Source: Basidiobolus meristosporus CBS 931.73 (Eukaryota; Fungi; Basidiobolomycota). From it: 64,000 nt of DNA. This document shows positions 13,040-25,048 of this stretch, in pieces. Every line of letters starts with the position of its first letter. The stretch's first letter is position 1. Below the pieces are notes generated by a model, which was not told where the DNA came from, did not search any database, and saw only the letters and a program-made list of their open reading frames with translations. The position numbers and the translations under genes are program-made. The DNA lies in the NCBI GenBank assembly GCA_002104905.1, contig MCFE01000276.1:41112-105111 (forward strand), given 5' to 3'.

Positions 13040-15900
13040 ACTCCAATACATACTCAATGCAGGTGTGATCAGTCATGATGGTGCACTTGACTCCTTCAAT
13101 GTAGCATCTCCATGTCTTCAAGTAGTGTATTGTAGCAAGCATATCCTTCTTATGCACTGGATAGTTTTGTTCTGCTGAGTTCAGTTTCTTGGATTCAAAG
13201 GAAACTGGGTAGTTCTTTCCCTTGAGTTCTGGGCTCAATACTCCACCAATTGCATAATTTGAAGCATCTGTGCACAGAGTAAACACTTTTCTGAAGTTGG
13301 GATTCTTAAGCTTGGCAGCTTAGCAAGTTCATTTGTAAGCTTCTAAGAGGCAGTCTCACAAGTTATGTCCCACTTACAGGTATTATCTTTCTTGAGGATA
13401 TCAGTTAAAGGGGCTGTAATACTTGCAAAGGAATTGACACATCTCCATTGGTGGAAAATATTTCCAAGAAATGATCTGAGTCCTGATGTGCTATGGGGGC
13501 TGCTTCAGATTCTTAATAACTTCAACCTTTTGAGAGTCCAAGGTTGCTCCAGTGCTAGTCACTATGTGTCCTAGATGTTCAATGTGTTCCTTAAAGAGCT
13601 CATACTTGGGCAGCTTGCCATATAGCTTGTTCTCTCTTAGCTTCTTCAGGACCTTTTTGATGTGCACCAAGTGATCCTCTTCTGTCTTGCTGTATATCAA
13701 TATGTCATCTAGGTAGATTATCACACACTGCCTAAGTACTAATGGAAGACAGTGTGCATCAGAGTCATGAATGTTGCAGGGGCATTGGTGAGGCCAAAAC
13801 TCATGACTAAGTACTTGTAATGTGCATATCTGGTCCTGAATGCCGTCTCAGGGATGTCTTCTGGCTTCACCCCAATCTGGTTGTATCTTGACATGAGGTC
13901 AATCTGGCTGAATATAGTGGCTCCATTGAGTTGGAGCAAAAGCTCATCAATCTAAGGTATGGGGTACTTATTCTTCACAGTAACTGAGTTGAGGGCTCTG
14001 TAGTCAATGCGCATCCTAAATGTTCCATCCTTCTTCTTCACAAAAAGCACTGGTGCTCCCCAAGGTGACTTGCTGGATCTGATATATCCTTGTTCTAATA
14101 ACTGATCTATATGTCTCTGCATCTCTTCCAGCCGCAATGGACTCATTATGCATGGTGTTCTGCCCACTGGAGGGCTATCTCCTGTGTTTACGGCATGATC
14201 CACATCTCTGACTGGAGGTAGGCTGAGAAGTTCATCTGGAAATACATCTGAACATTACTTCAAAAGGGTCTGGACCTTCTGGGGTACTAGAGTAGAGGAA
14301 TCATTCTGTAATACTGCCATTAGGGACACCTGGTTGCCTTTTCTAAGTGCTTTACAGAACTGTGTCTTGCTAAGCTCACTTGTTTCACAGACACTGAAAT
14401 AGACTAAGTTGAAATCCAGTCTGGCAGGTAATAGCTCATAGGTCTTGTTGACCTTCTAGCTCCAAGTAGCATGGGTTCTCCATTTGATTGATGGATTGCA
14501 ACAAAGTAGCCAGGTTTTTTAAATACAAGTTCAAGCTTGCAGCTCTCAAGTATATAGGCCTGTTGATCTTCTTCATAGTCATTGATCTTCATCCTAACTG
14601 GCTGAGTAATATGGTTAATTATGTGAGAGTTCCCAAAAGCTATTGAGACTCAAGTTGATTTGGTAGGTTCTGAGTTGATTCCAGCTTCCAAAGCAAATTG
14701 CTCTAGCATGTACTCATGTGATGCTCCTGAGTGAGTCATGATTGCGGCAGGTACTCCATCAATTACTCCATTCAAATTTAATGGCTTTCCTGAGTTTGAG
14801 GTCATCTGCTATAGGTATTCTTCTATCATATGGAAGGTGAGTTCTAAGTCTTCTTCAAGTTCATCCTATATGTTATTATATTCAAGGGCTTCAATATGGC
14901 TGAAGGTTCCCAATGGCTGGTGTCCATTTCTTCTCTGAGGGCAGTACTTTCAAATATGTCCATGCTGGTGGCAATTGAAGCAAAGTCCTTGCTTCTTACA
15001 TTGTTCCAAGGTAGGATTCTTCTGCATAGCAACTATTTCCAATAGCTCTGCTTCTGATTGCCTTCTTTCATGCTTTTTGTAGCCCCTCTTGCTAGTTGTT
15101 GTGGGCTTCCCAACTCCAAACATGGATAAGTCATAGTCAATGGCAATCTTGATGGCTACAATAGTCTGGGGTGTTCAATTATTCACTCACTTGCAAGTTC
15201 TTTCTTTCAACCCATCACAAAAGTATTCCACTTGACTCAGGAGGTCAACTCCCTTAGCCTTGAAAGCTTCTTCAATTGGGAAGAGCCAAGTTCCCTGGTT
15301 TTCATTGACTATATTATGGTACTGGTTGACCTTCACACTAAAGTTGCTCTTGACAGGGCTTTGCTGGCTTTGGATCATGGTAGTCATTCCTTGTTGCTGA
15401 TGGCTATGGATCTGGAGTAACTGTTGCTGTTGGGCTATGATTTGCTACATAGCATTCTTCCATTCTTGATTTTTGGACATTTTGAGGGAGGCTTTGTTTC
15501 TCTTTGAAAGGGAGGTTTCTGCTTATTGCTTCTACAAATGTTACAAGTCTTGGTATAAGAGTTGTAGAGAAATAGGGAGTTTAGCTAGTATTGTACTCAC
15601 TAAATCTTCAACTGATTTTTGTCAAGGTTCCAGCAGCTCATTGTATACATTATGCCAGATTAATTGCTAACTAATTGTATTTGCTATTGTGATTGTGGCT
15701 GATGACTCAAATGATAGCCTCATCCAATAAGATCCTACTCAATGTATCTATTCCTGTCTGATATGGATCTGCTGATTCATTTGCTGACTAATACTACTGA
15801 TTTGATAGAGAATACTGATATGCTGTTAGGCTAAAAATACTGCAAACTGATCTGAATAAAAGCTGATCTAACTTAAACACCCAAGCAATAGATCATTACA
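13040..15900 (-). mobile_element. Decayed, 3'-truncated Gypsy of the same family as 16174-21113; 5' LTR 15539-15900; left end approx
   Basis: gag [27 protein letters not shown], RNase H CTDASNYAIGGVL; LTR is the reverse complement of the 368-bp LTR; deletion within gag. Confidence 0.9.
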
Positions 15901-16542
15901 TATGTAATTCACAGTTAAATCCTCAATTCTGGATTCTAGAGCTTATATAAAGCCTTAACACATGCCTGCCATACTAGTTACAATGGCAACTATCACATCT
16001 CATGATATCTGGTACACCCACAGAATCCACCTCATTAGCCAACTTCAAAATTTGGTTATCTAGGTCCTACATATCTTCTTCTGATGGTATCTTTGTAGTA
16101 ATCAAGTTGTGTACAGGATGTGTTTTCTTAGCTGCTGAGCAATGGCTGGCATGAGTTTCCTTAGGCCTTCAAGTGTTATGATCTACCGCTTGAATGTTTA
16201 AGTTAGATCAGTTTTTAGTCAAATCAATTAGTATATGTTTAGGTTATCAGTATATCAGTATTATCTATGAAATCAGTAGCATTAGTCAGCAAATGAATCA
16301 GCAGATCCTTATCAGACAGAAATAGATATATTAAGTAGGATCTTATTGGGTGATGATGATGCAATCAAATGAGTCATCAGCCACAACCTACATTAGGAAA
16401 TACAATTAGTCAGCAATTGATCTGGCAAAATGTATATAAGGAGCTGCTGGAACCTCAATAAAAATCAGTTCAAGTTTTAGTGAATACAATACTAGCTAAA
16501 CTCCCTATTCCTCTACAACTCTTATACCAAGACTTGTAACAT

Positions 16543-16553
16543 TGGTAGCAGCG
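16543..16553 (+). other. Primer-binding site, probably initiator tRNA-Met
   Basis: TGGT-AGCAGCG one base after the LTR; TGGTAGC fits the A1:U72 acceptor stem of initiator tRNA-Met (inference). Confidence 0.7.
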
Positions 16554-16599
16554 ATAACCAGAAACCTCCCTCCTGAAGAAAGAAGAAACCACCCTCAAG

Positions 16600-19500
16600 A
16601 TGTCGGACAATCAAGAATGGAAGAATGCCATGCAGCAAATCCTGGCCCAACAGCAGCAGCTACTCCAGATCCTCAGCCAACAGCAACAAGGAATGACTAC
16701 CATGGCTCAGAGCCAGCAAAGCCCTGTCAAGAGCAACTTTAGTGTGAAGGTCAACCGGTACCATGGCAGAGTCAATGAAAACCTGGGAACTTGGCTCTTT
16801 CAGTTTGAAGAAGCTTTTAAAGCTAAAGGAATTGCTCCAGAGAGCAAGTTGCATTATGCAGCTTCTTACCTGGCAGATGCAGCTTTACAGTGGTACCACA
16901 ACAAGATCAGGTCAGCTACTATGATGGGATGCTCTACAATCTCTACCTGGGATGAGTTTGTGTTGGAAATTCAGGATGCTTTTGAACCTCCACACCAGCA
17001 GACACTACTAAGAAGGAAGTTAAAGACACTCAGACAGAAAGGAATGGTGCAAGAATACATCTATGAGTACAGATGTCTACTTGGACAAATTGAAAGAATG
17101 GACCCCTTGGATCAAGTTGAATACTTTATTGATGGGTTGAAAGAAAGAACTTGCAAGGAAGTCAATTACCGAAGACCTCAAACTATTGAAGAAGCCATCA
17201 AGATTGCCATTGACTATGACTCAGCTATGTTTGGAGTTGGGAAGCCTACAGTGACTAGTCAGAAAGGCTATAATCATTATAAAAGAAGACAATCAGAAGC
17301 AGTACCAATGGAAATAGACGCTATGCAGAAGAATCCCTCCTCAGAAGAATGCAAGAAGAGAGGACTTTGCTTCAATTGCCACCAGCAGGGACATATTGCA
17401 AAGTACTGCCCTCAGAGAAGAAATGGACACCAGCCAACAAGAACCTTCAACCATATTGAGTCCCATGAACACAGTAATGAGGAAGATGAGCTTGAAGAAG
17501 ACTTGGAACTCACCTTCCATATGACAGAAGAGTACTTGTCCCAAATGACTTCAAACTCAGGGAAGTTATTGTACCTGAATGGAGTAATCAATGGAGTACC
17601 TGCCAAGATCATGATTGACTCAGGAGCATCACATGAGTACATGTCAGAGCAATTTGCTTTGAAAGCTGGAATCAACTCAGAACCTACCAAATCAACTTCA
17701 GTCTCCACAGCTGATGGGAACTCCCACATAATCAACCGTATTACCCAGCCAGTAAGAATGAAGATCAATGACTATGAAGAAGACCTACAGGCTTATATAT
17801 TTGGGAACTGCAAGTCTGACCTTGTACTTGTGAAAACCTGGCTATTTTGTCGTAATCCATCAATCAACTGGAGAACCCATGCTACTCAGATCCAAAAAGA
17901 CAACAAGACCTATGAGCTATTACCTGCCAGGCTGGATTTCAACTTGGTCAATTCCAGTGTGTGTGAGACAAGTGAACTTAGCAAGACCCAGTTCTGTAGA
18001 GCACTTAGAAAAGGTACCCAGATGTTCCTCATGGTGGTATTACAGGAGGATTCCTCTATCCCAGCACCCCAGCAGGTCCAGACTCTCTTGAAGAAATATT
18101 CAGACGTGTTTCCAGATGAGCTTGTAAGCCTACCACCAGTCAGAGACGTGGATCATGCCATTGACACAGGAGATAGCCCTCCAGTGAGCAAGACACCTTA
18201 CAGAATGAGTCCATTGGAATTGGAGGAAATGAAGAAACAAATTGATCAGCTATTGGAGCAAGGATACATCAGGCCCAGCAAGTCACCTTGGGGAGCACCA
18301 GTGCTTTTTGTGAAAAAGAAGGATGGAACACTTAGGATGTGCATTGACTACAGAGCCCTGAACTCAGTTACCGTCAAGAATAAGTACCCCATACCTCGGA
18401 TTGATGAGCTTTTGGACCAACTTAATGGAGCCACTATTTTCAGCAAGATTGACCTCATGTCAGGATACAACCAGATTAGGGTGAAACCAGAAGATATCCC
18501 TAAGACAGCATTCAGGACCAGATATGGACATTACAAGTACTTAGTCATGAGTTTTGGCCTCACTAATGCCCCTGCAACATTCATGACACTGATGCAGACT
18601 GTCTTTCAGGAGTACTTAGACAAGTTTGTGATAATCTACCTGGATGACATATTGATATACAGCAAGACAGAAAAGGATCACATGGTGCACATTGAAAAGG
18701 TCTTGAAGAAACTAAGAGAGAACAAGCTATATGGCAAGCTAGCCAAGTGTGAATTCTTCAAGGAACACGTAGAATATCTGGGACACATAGTGACTAGCAC
18801 AGGAGTAACCTTAGACCCCAAGAAGGTGGAAGTAATCAAGAATTTGAAGCAGCCCCATAGCATATCAGAACTCAGATCCTTCCTTGGAATGGTTTCCTAT
18901 TATTGGAGATTTGTCAAGTCATTTGCAAGTATTGCAGCCCCTTTAACTGATATCCTCAAGAAAGACAATACCTACAAGTGGGACATAGCTTGTGAGACTG
19001 CCTTCCAGACACTAAAGAATGAACTTGCAAAGCTGCCAAGCTTAAGAATACCAGACTTCAGAAAAGAGTTCACTCTGTGCACAGATGCTTCAGATTATGC
19101 AATTGGTGGAGTGCTGAGCCAAGAACACAAGGGAAAGGACTACCCTGTTGCCTTTGAATCCAAGAAACTGAACTCAGCAGAACAAAACTATCCAGTTCCA
19201 TGAGAAGGAGATGCTCGCTATAATACACTGTTTGAAGACATGGAGATGCTATATTGAAGGAGTCAAATGCACTGTGAAGACTGATCATGCCTCCCTCAAG
19301 TATATATTTACTCAGAAGGTACTCTCTAGAAGAATGACAAGATGGAGTGAATACATTCAGCAATTTGACCTGGAGATTGTCTACTGTCCTGGAAAAAACA
19401 ACACGGTTGCTGATGCCTTATCAAGATTAGATCAAGTTGCACAACTCAACTTGGTGCATGAATCAGATTGGCCTAGCCTACTACCAAAGTACTTGGAGGA

Positions 19501-20735
19501 CCAAGCCATTCCTAATGAGGTGGATGAAGATATCAAGATGATAATCCGTGATGAAGCCAGCAAATTTGTTGTACAGGAATGAAACACTCTACCAAATTGT
19601 TGATGGAAGCCCTATTGCCTATTGTCCTTATATTGCTAGCCTGGATTTAATACATAAGCTACACAATGGATATGGACATCTTGGGATTGAAGGAACCTAT
19701 AGCCTTGTAAAAGCCAGAGCATGGTGGCCCAGAATGAAACAAGACATTGAGAAGCTAGTAAAAACATGCCCAAACTGCCAAATCAATCAAGGCCAGCCAC
19801 AAAGAATTGCTGAACTCTTCCCTTTGGAGCCTGTAAGACCATTTGAGAGATGGGGAATTGACTTTATTGGAAGACTGCCAACTACCAGGAAATGCAACCG
19901 TTGGATCCTAGTAGCAATTGACCATGCCACTAAATGGCCAGTTGCTAAAGCTGTACCAATAGCCAGTGAACAAGAAGTTGCAAGTTTCATTTACCATGAG
20001 ATCCTGATGAAGTTTGGATGCCCTGTGGAGATCTTATCTGATAGAGGTGCAAACTTTATGGCAAAGACATTAGAGGCTTACCTGGAAATGCAGCAGATCA
20101 GACACTTGAAAACCTTGGCATATCACCCCAGAACTAATGGAGTCACTGAGCGGTTTAATGGATTATTTGGAAAAATGCTGACCAAGTATGCAAATGGAGT
20201 TGTCAGTAGATGGGATGAGTATATAGACCAAGCACTCTTTGCATGCAGAGTCAGAGTACACAACACCACCCAGCAATCACCATTTTACTTAGTTTATGGA
20301 TGTGAACCAAGGATTCCAGGAGATCTCACACAACCAAAGCTTACAGACACCTTAGAAGATGAACTCAGTCAGCCAAGTAGACACCAGCAACTGGAACAAA
20401 GACGTCAAGAGGCACAGACCAAAGTATCTCAAAGTGCAGAAAAGATGAAGCAGAGATTTGATAAGACTATAGCACCAGAAGCATTGACAGTTGGGAACTT
20501 TGTATTGCTAAGAAACAACACTCGGAAGAAGTTTGAGCCACAATGGACAGGACCATTCAAGATCATCAGAGAATGTCCATTTGCAACTTACCAACTGGTG
20601 GACAAACAAGGCAATATCCGGGAAGACTTAGTGCATAGGGACAGACTCAAGCTTGCAAGACTTGCTGATAATACTGAACCATCAAGATATTGGTATCACA
20701 AGAAAAGAGATTCAGGAGAACCCTCTCAACTTTAG
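16600..20735 (+). CDS. gag-pol: Gag-Pol polyprotein split into three ORFs (16600-19203, 19211-19582, 19548-20735) by two +1 shifts
   Basis: [14 protein letters not shown] knuckle; IMIDSGASH protease; [11 protein letters not shown]; [13 protein letters not shown] RNase H; HNGYGH...CPNC, WGIDFIG, SDRGANF, TERFNG integrase. Confidence 0.95.
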
Positions 20736-23024
20736 TAGGGGAGAATGTTATGATCTGCCGCTTGAATGTTTAAGTTAGATCAGTTTTTAGTCAAATCAAT
20801 TAGTATATGTTTAGGTTATCAGTATATCAGTATTATCTATGAAATCAGTAGCATTAGTCAGCAAATGAATCAGCAGATCCTTATCAGACAGAAATAGATA
20901 TATTAAGTAGGATCTTATTGGGTGATGATGATGCAATCAAATGAGTCATCAGCCACAACCTACATTAGGAAATACAATTAGTCAGCAATTGATCTGGCAA
21001 AATGTATATAAGGAGCTGCTGGAACCTCAATAAAAATCAGTTCAAGTTTTAGTGAATACAATACTAGCTAAACTCCCTATTCCTCTACAACTCTTATACC
21101 AAGACTTGTAACACAAGTCAATTTTGATCATTTTTGTCCTTCAGAATTGTATTGATAATTTGATGTTAACATTAAGGCAAATGTGGTTAAAGGCACTTTG
21201 CTGTTTTTTCTGGTACTTTATGGAATATTCCACTAATAGCAGTAGTCAATAATGCAGTGAGTAACAGCTTATGGCTCATGACCTGTTGTAAGAGCTATGG
21301 AGATTTTGGAAGTCACTGGGAGATTAACCAGATTGCGTGCCTTTCACTTGATGATTCAATGATTATGAATGTTATATTTGTAAGTTTATATAGTGTTGGC
21401 ATAGCAAGCCTATAAAATGTGCAAAGGAATGTCCCAAGAACATGTGTGCCAAGTTTGCCACTGTTTAGTCAGCTTTGAGAATTCCCACATTTTGGATACC
21501 TAATATTCTGGTGAAATCTAGTCATGTGAATCCCAGTAAGGATTTGTTCAGTATTTTCTGAGATCTGTAGGCAATCAATTAAGTTACCAAATTAGGTCAT
21601 GTTGTAAGTGAAATTACAAATCTTTTACAACACTCAAACCCAACTGAATGTTCATACTGACTTGTCCTAATGGGCACCCAGGATGTTTAAGCTTGTCTCC
21701 AGCTAATGGCTTGGTGCATATTTCTGCAATCATCTGCTCAGTTTAACAGTAAACTAAGTAAACCAGGTTAATCATTTCCATTTCACAAATGAAATGCTGT
21801 TTAATATCTATTTGTATACATCCTTGATTATCTGAAAGTACAGTATCATTCAATGTTTGACATAGGCCAAGGTGTTTGGAAAGCTTTCATAACCAGGTTG
21901 CCTCTTTTATAGCTTTGCCAGTTGTCATATATTCTGCATCTGTGGTGGAAAGTGCTAAAATTGGTAGCTATCTTGAGCTCTATGAAATTGTTCCTTCACA
22001 TTAAAGAAAGGCTGTGACCTGTTGTGAATCTTCCGTCATACAAGTCTGCCCCCAATCAAAATCAGATTATCCCAAAATTCTTTGATGTAAATGGAGGTAA
22101 ATGCATATCACACTATAAACTACACTGACACTTACCATTTTGGCTACCATCACTCCAATTGGATGGTATCTCAGTGGTTAATTGGACCAAAAGTATTCTG
22201 AAGCTCTCAGCCCCCAATTTGCTCTTTGACCAATACACAAGCTACCTGATTTGCCATCAAATATCCCATTTTGCCCATTAAGTAAGAAAACCCCTGATCC
22301 TAGTTATTGGACCTGGTGTCATAGCTAGCATGCACCAATTGTATGGGTGCAAATCAGATCAAATGGCTGCACTGGTGCCACAGATGATGAATACATATGC
22401 AGGGTGTTTATTTATAGGGGTCCTGTCTCAAATTTGAAACAACCTTGATATTGTTTATATTAAAAATTTAGTGATCACTGATTTGCAATGGCTCAATGCG
22501 GATTGCAAAAAAAATGCATTGTTTGGATCATTACAAACAATAGCTATTCAATGCAATTACATCACCTACTCCTAGGCTTTTGCTCACAGGGATTACTACT
22601 GAAGCATTTGGTACTGATTCACTTTGCACACCTAAGCTGCTTTTTTTCTTGACTATCCTCTTGGCTACTTCTGTGTATGTAGTCAGTATTTTGCCTCCTA
22701 ATTGATGAGTGCACTGCTGTAGCTTGGCCATGCTGAATTGCTCCAGATGATGCAACTCAGCTGGCCTGCAGTGCTACATGCTGACACATTCTTTTACTTG
22801 CAAAGGCTCTGGTGGTGGAGGCACTTCATGTGGGTCATTGTCAGTCAGTTCACCAGAAGAAACTTGCTGATGGTCAGGTGTAATGGCATGCGCAGACACA
22901 ACTTGATGCACTAACATGGCCCTTGGCTAAGTTTGATGTAATGCTGCTTGTTGATTTGACTTAGCCTGCTCCAATGGACTTGTGTCTTTTTGAGCAGTGT
23001 TGCTTGCAATCTGTATTCTGCCTC

Positions 23025-23489
23025 TTAAAGCTCACCTTCTGATTCCTCAAGGTATTCACTTACCCTCTCTCTAATACTTTGGAACTGTTGTTGGGATGAG
23101 TCCTGTGTATATTGCTCTTGGAAGCTACTTAGCTCTACTAATATATCAAGTAATGCATTAGACATTTGAGGCAAAAATTCATTAAAAATCTCCTTTGTTC
23201 CCAAAGTTGAGGCACAAATAGATGCATCCAGTCTGTACTGGGCATATTGCACGCAAAATCCTTCCAGTGCAGCTTCCTCATTGAATCTCCTCACTCTCAG
23301 CCCATTCTTGATTTCAATACTTGACTTGTTATATATCTTCTTATATACATCTGCTAGCATCCTGATGTATAACTCATGCCACAGCTTTCTATTCCAGTTC
23401 TTGCATCTCTGCTGACTCTCTGAGGTATCTAGTTCTGCTAGATTAATGAGTAATGCCCAGATATCTGTATGAAGGCTCATTGTAGACAC
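23025..23489 (-). CDS. Orphan 154-aa helical-looking ORF, function unknown
   Basis: Uninterrupted and protein-like, no match to the other element proteins here; divergent from the DDE transposase. Confidence 0.4.
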   Translation of the reverse strand: MSTMSLHTDIWALLINLAELDTSESQQRCKNWNRKLWHELYIRMLADVYKKIYNKSSIEIKNGLRVRRFNEEAALEGFCVQYAQYRLDASICASTLGTKEIFNEFLPQMSNALLDILVELSSFQEQYTQDSSQQQFQSIRERVSEYLEESEGEL

Positions 23490-23992
23490 TTGGCCATACC
23501 AAAATCATTTGGTAAGCAAGAACTCAAACGGATCTGACGTTGCCTTTTCCAGTCCAGACCATGTCTGTAAGCTTGAGGATGGGTTTTATATGGGTTGAAC
23601 TAAAGTTGAGTTGGGAATCAGTATAGAGACCATAGTGATGGAATTGGATACTTATACAGTGGTGTATTGGCATCAACCTGGTCTTATATGAAGTATATAT
23701 GAAAACTAATGTGATTGTTGAATTTTCCATGTATTATGCATGATGCATCTCAGATTGCATTGACATGGATCAGATCACATCAACTGCAGGTTTCCTATTT
23801 GATTATAGACTTGTGAGTAAAACATCAATAAAAGTACCCAGTCATTGTCTGAGGATGATTTTTGCAACATAATGATAGGATACATGACAATTGATGGAGA
23901 TTTAATCATAATGCGTGGGAAATCAGGTAAATAAAGCTGATTGCTCCAAATCAATTCAAATCACCTCAGCCCAATCCTCCACCAATTTGAAG

Positions 23993-24866
23993 ATGACTTA
24001 CTCATCTGAATGGTCTTTTCTCATCAATCCCATCACTACCACTGAATTTTCTTTTGATACACTAGAGGAGATCTATACCAAGTACTGTGGTCCCTCCACC
24101 CCAATATACACAAGGAGATCCCTTGTTAAGCTTCTCTGCTATTACAAGAACTATTGCCCTACAAGGTTTCATCCCACCATCCATGGCAACAGAGTCCTAG
24201 AAGCTTTCATTCCCAGCAGACAGCAATGGAGAACCGCCTTGCAGAGGGTATGAATGAATTAGAGCAAGCTTGGAGTACTAGGTTCATAAGCTCCAATAAA
24301 CTTCCATATCCCAGAGTGTTCAGCAACAGGTTCCATATAAGGAGTATTTTGGATACCTTCCCAGTCAGCATTAACAAATCTTCTACAGGGCAGAGGCACT
24401 TTTATTCTGGCAAGTACAAGGCACACTGTGTGAATTTCAAGCACTGTCTGACATTGAGTGTAATATCATCTGGTTTAGTGTGTCATTTGCTGGAAGTAGA
24501 CATGACAAAGCACTCTGGGTACAGAATCATCCAGAATTCAGAAGAGGGGAGAAATGTATGGCTTACTTAGCTTATATACAAGAGGATTGTCAGAGATTAG
24601 GATGTATTACAGCTTACAGGAAGCCAAGGCATGGTGTGCATACCAAGAAGCAGAAGCTCTACAATGAGATATTTAATCATTTCAGAGTGAGGGTAGAGCA
24701 TACATTTGGATATCTGAAGTGGTTCAGCATATTGGCAGGTAAATACAGAGGAAAGTCATATATAGGAGAAAACAGCAGAATAGGTAAAATAGTTCTGATA
24801 CTTATCAATGCACAATATATTCATACAAGAAGACATCCACTGAGGGAAATGTGTCTGGAGCATTAG
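23993..24866 (+). pseudogene. DDE_Tnp_4-type (PIF/Harbinger-ISL2EU-like) transposase, about 290 aa, two frameshifts
   Basis: ILDTFPV, FYSGKYKAHC, FAGSRHD, RKPR, QKLYN, RVRVEHTFGYLK; element right end GGAACAAGTCT at 25048 followed by AAT. Confidence 0.88.
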
Positions 24867-25048
24867 GATAAGTGAATAAAGCAAGGAAAGCACTACTCTG
24901 AGCAACATATGTCAGATTGAGTAAAATTACCAGTAACTATATCCTACCACTGGCAATATGATAGAAATTATAGTGCCAGATAGTGCCTAATCAATCTGGC
25001 ACTATCAATAGGCTTGCACTATGTGATACTATCTAAAGGAACAAGTCT

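Larger units (their letters stand above)
16174..21113 (+). mobile_element. Full-length young Ty3/Gypsy retrotransposon (4940 bp), no chromodomain
   Basis: 368-bp LTRs 16174-16541 and 20746-21113 differing at one base; PBS TGGTAGCAGCG; PPT AGTAGGGGAGAA; TSD CAAG both sides. Confidence 0.97.
15901..22400 (-). mobile_element. Old diverged Copia remnants: gag (15901-16173, 21114-21283), LTR (21284-21632), RNase H/RT end (21633 to about 22400)
   Basis: Each piece aligns with the matching part of the Copia at 56487-61168; split by the young Gypsy. Confidence 0.72.

Noticed and set aside
23807-25048. Complete 1.24-kb IS-like element
   Set aside because: Only 8 bp of terminal match, flanks TAT/AAT differ, and the left flank is not the CACTA sequence expected from the right flank.
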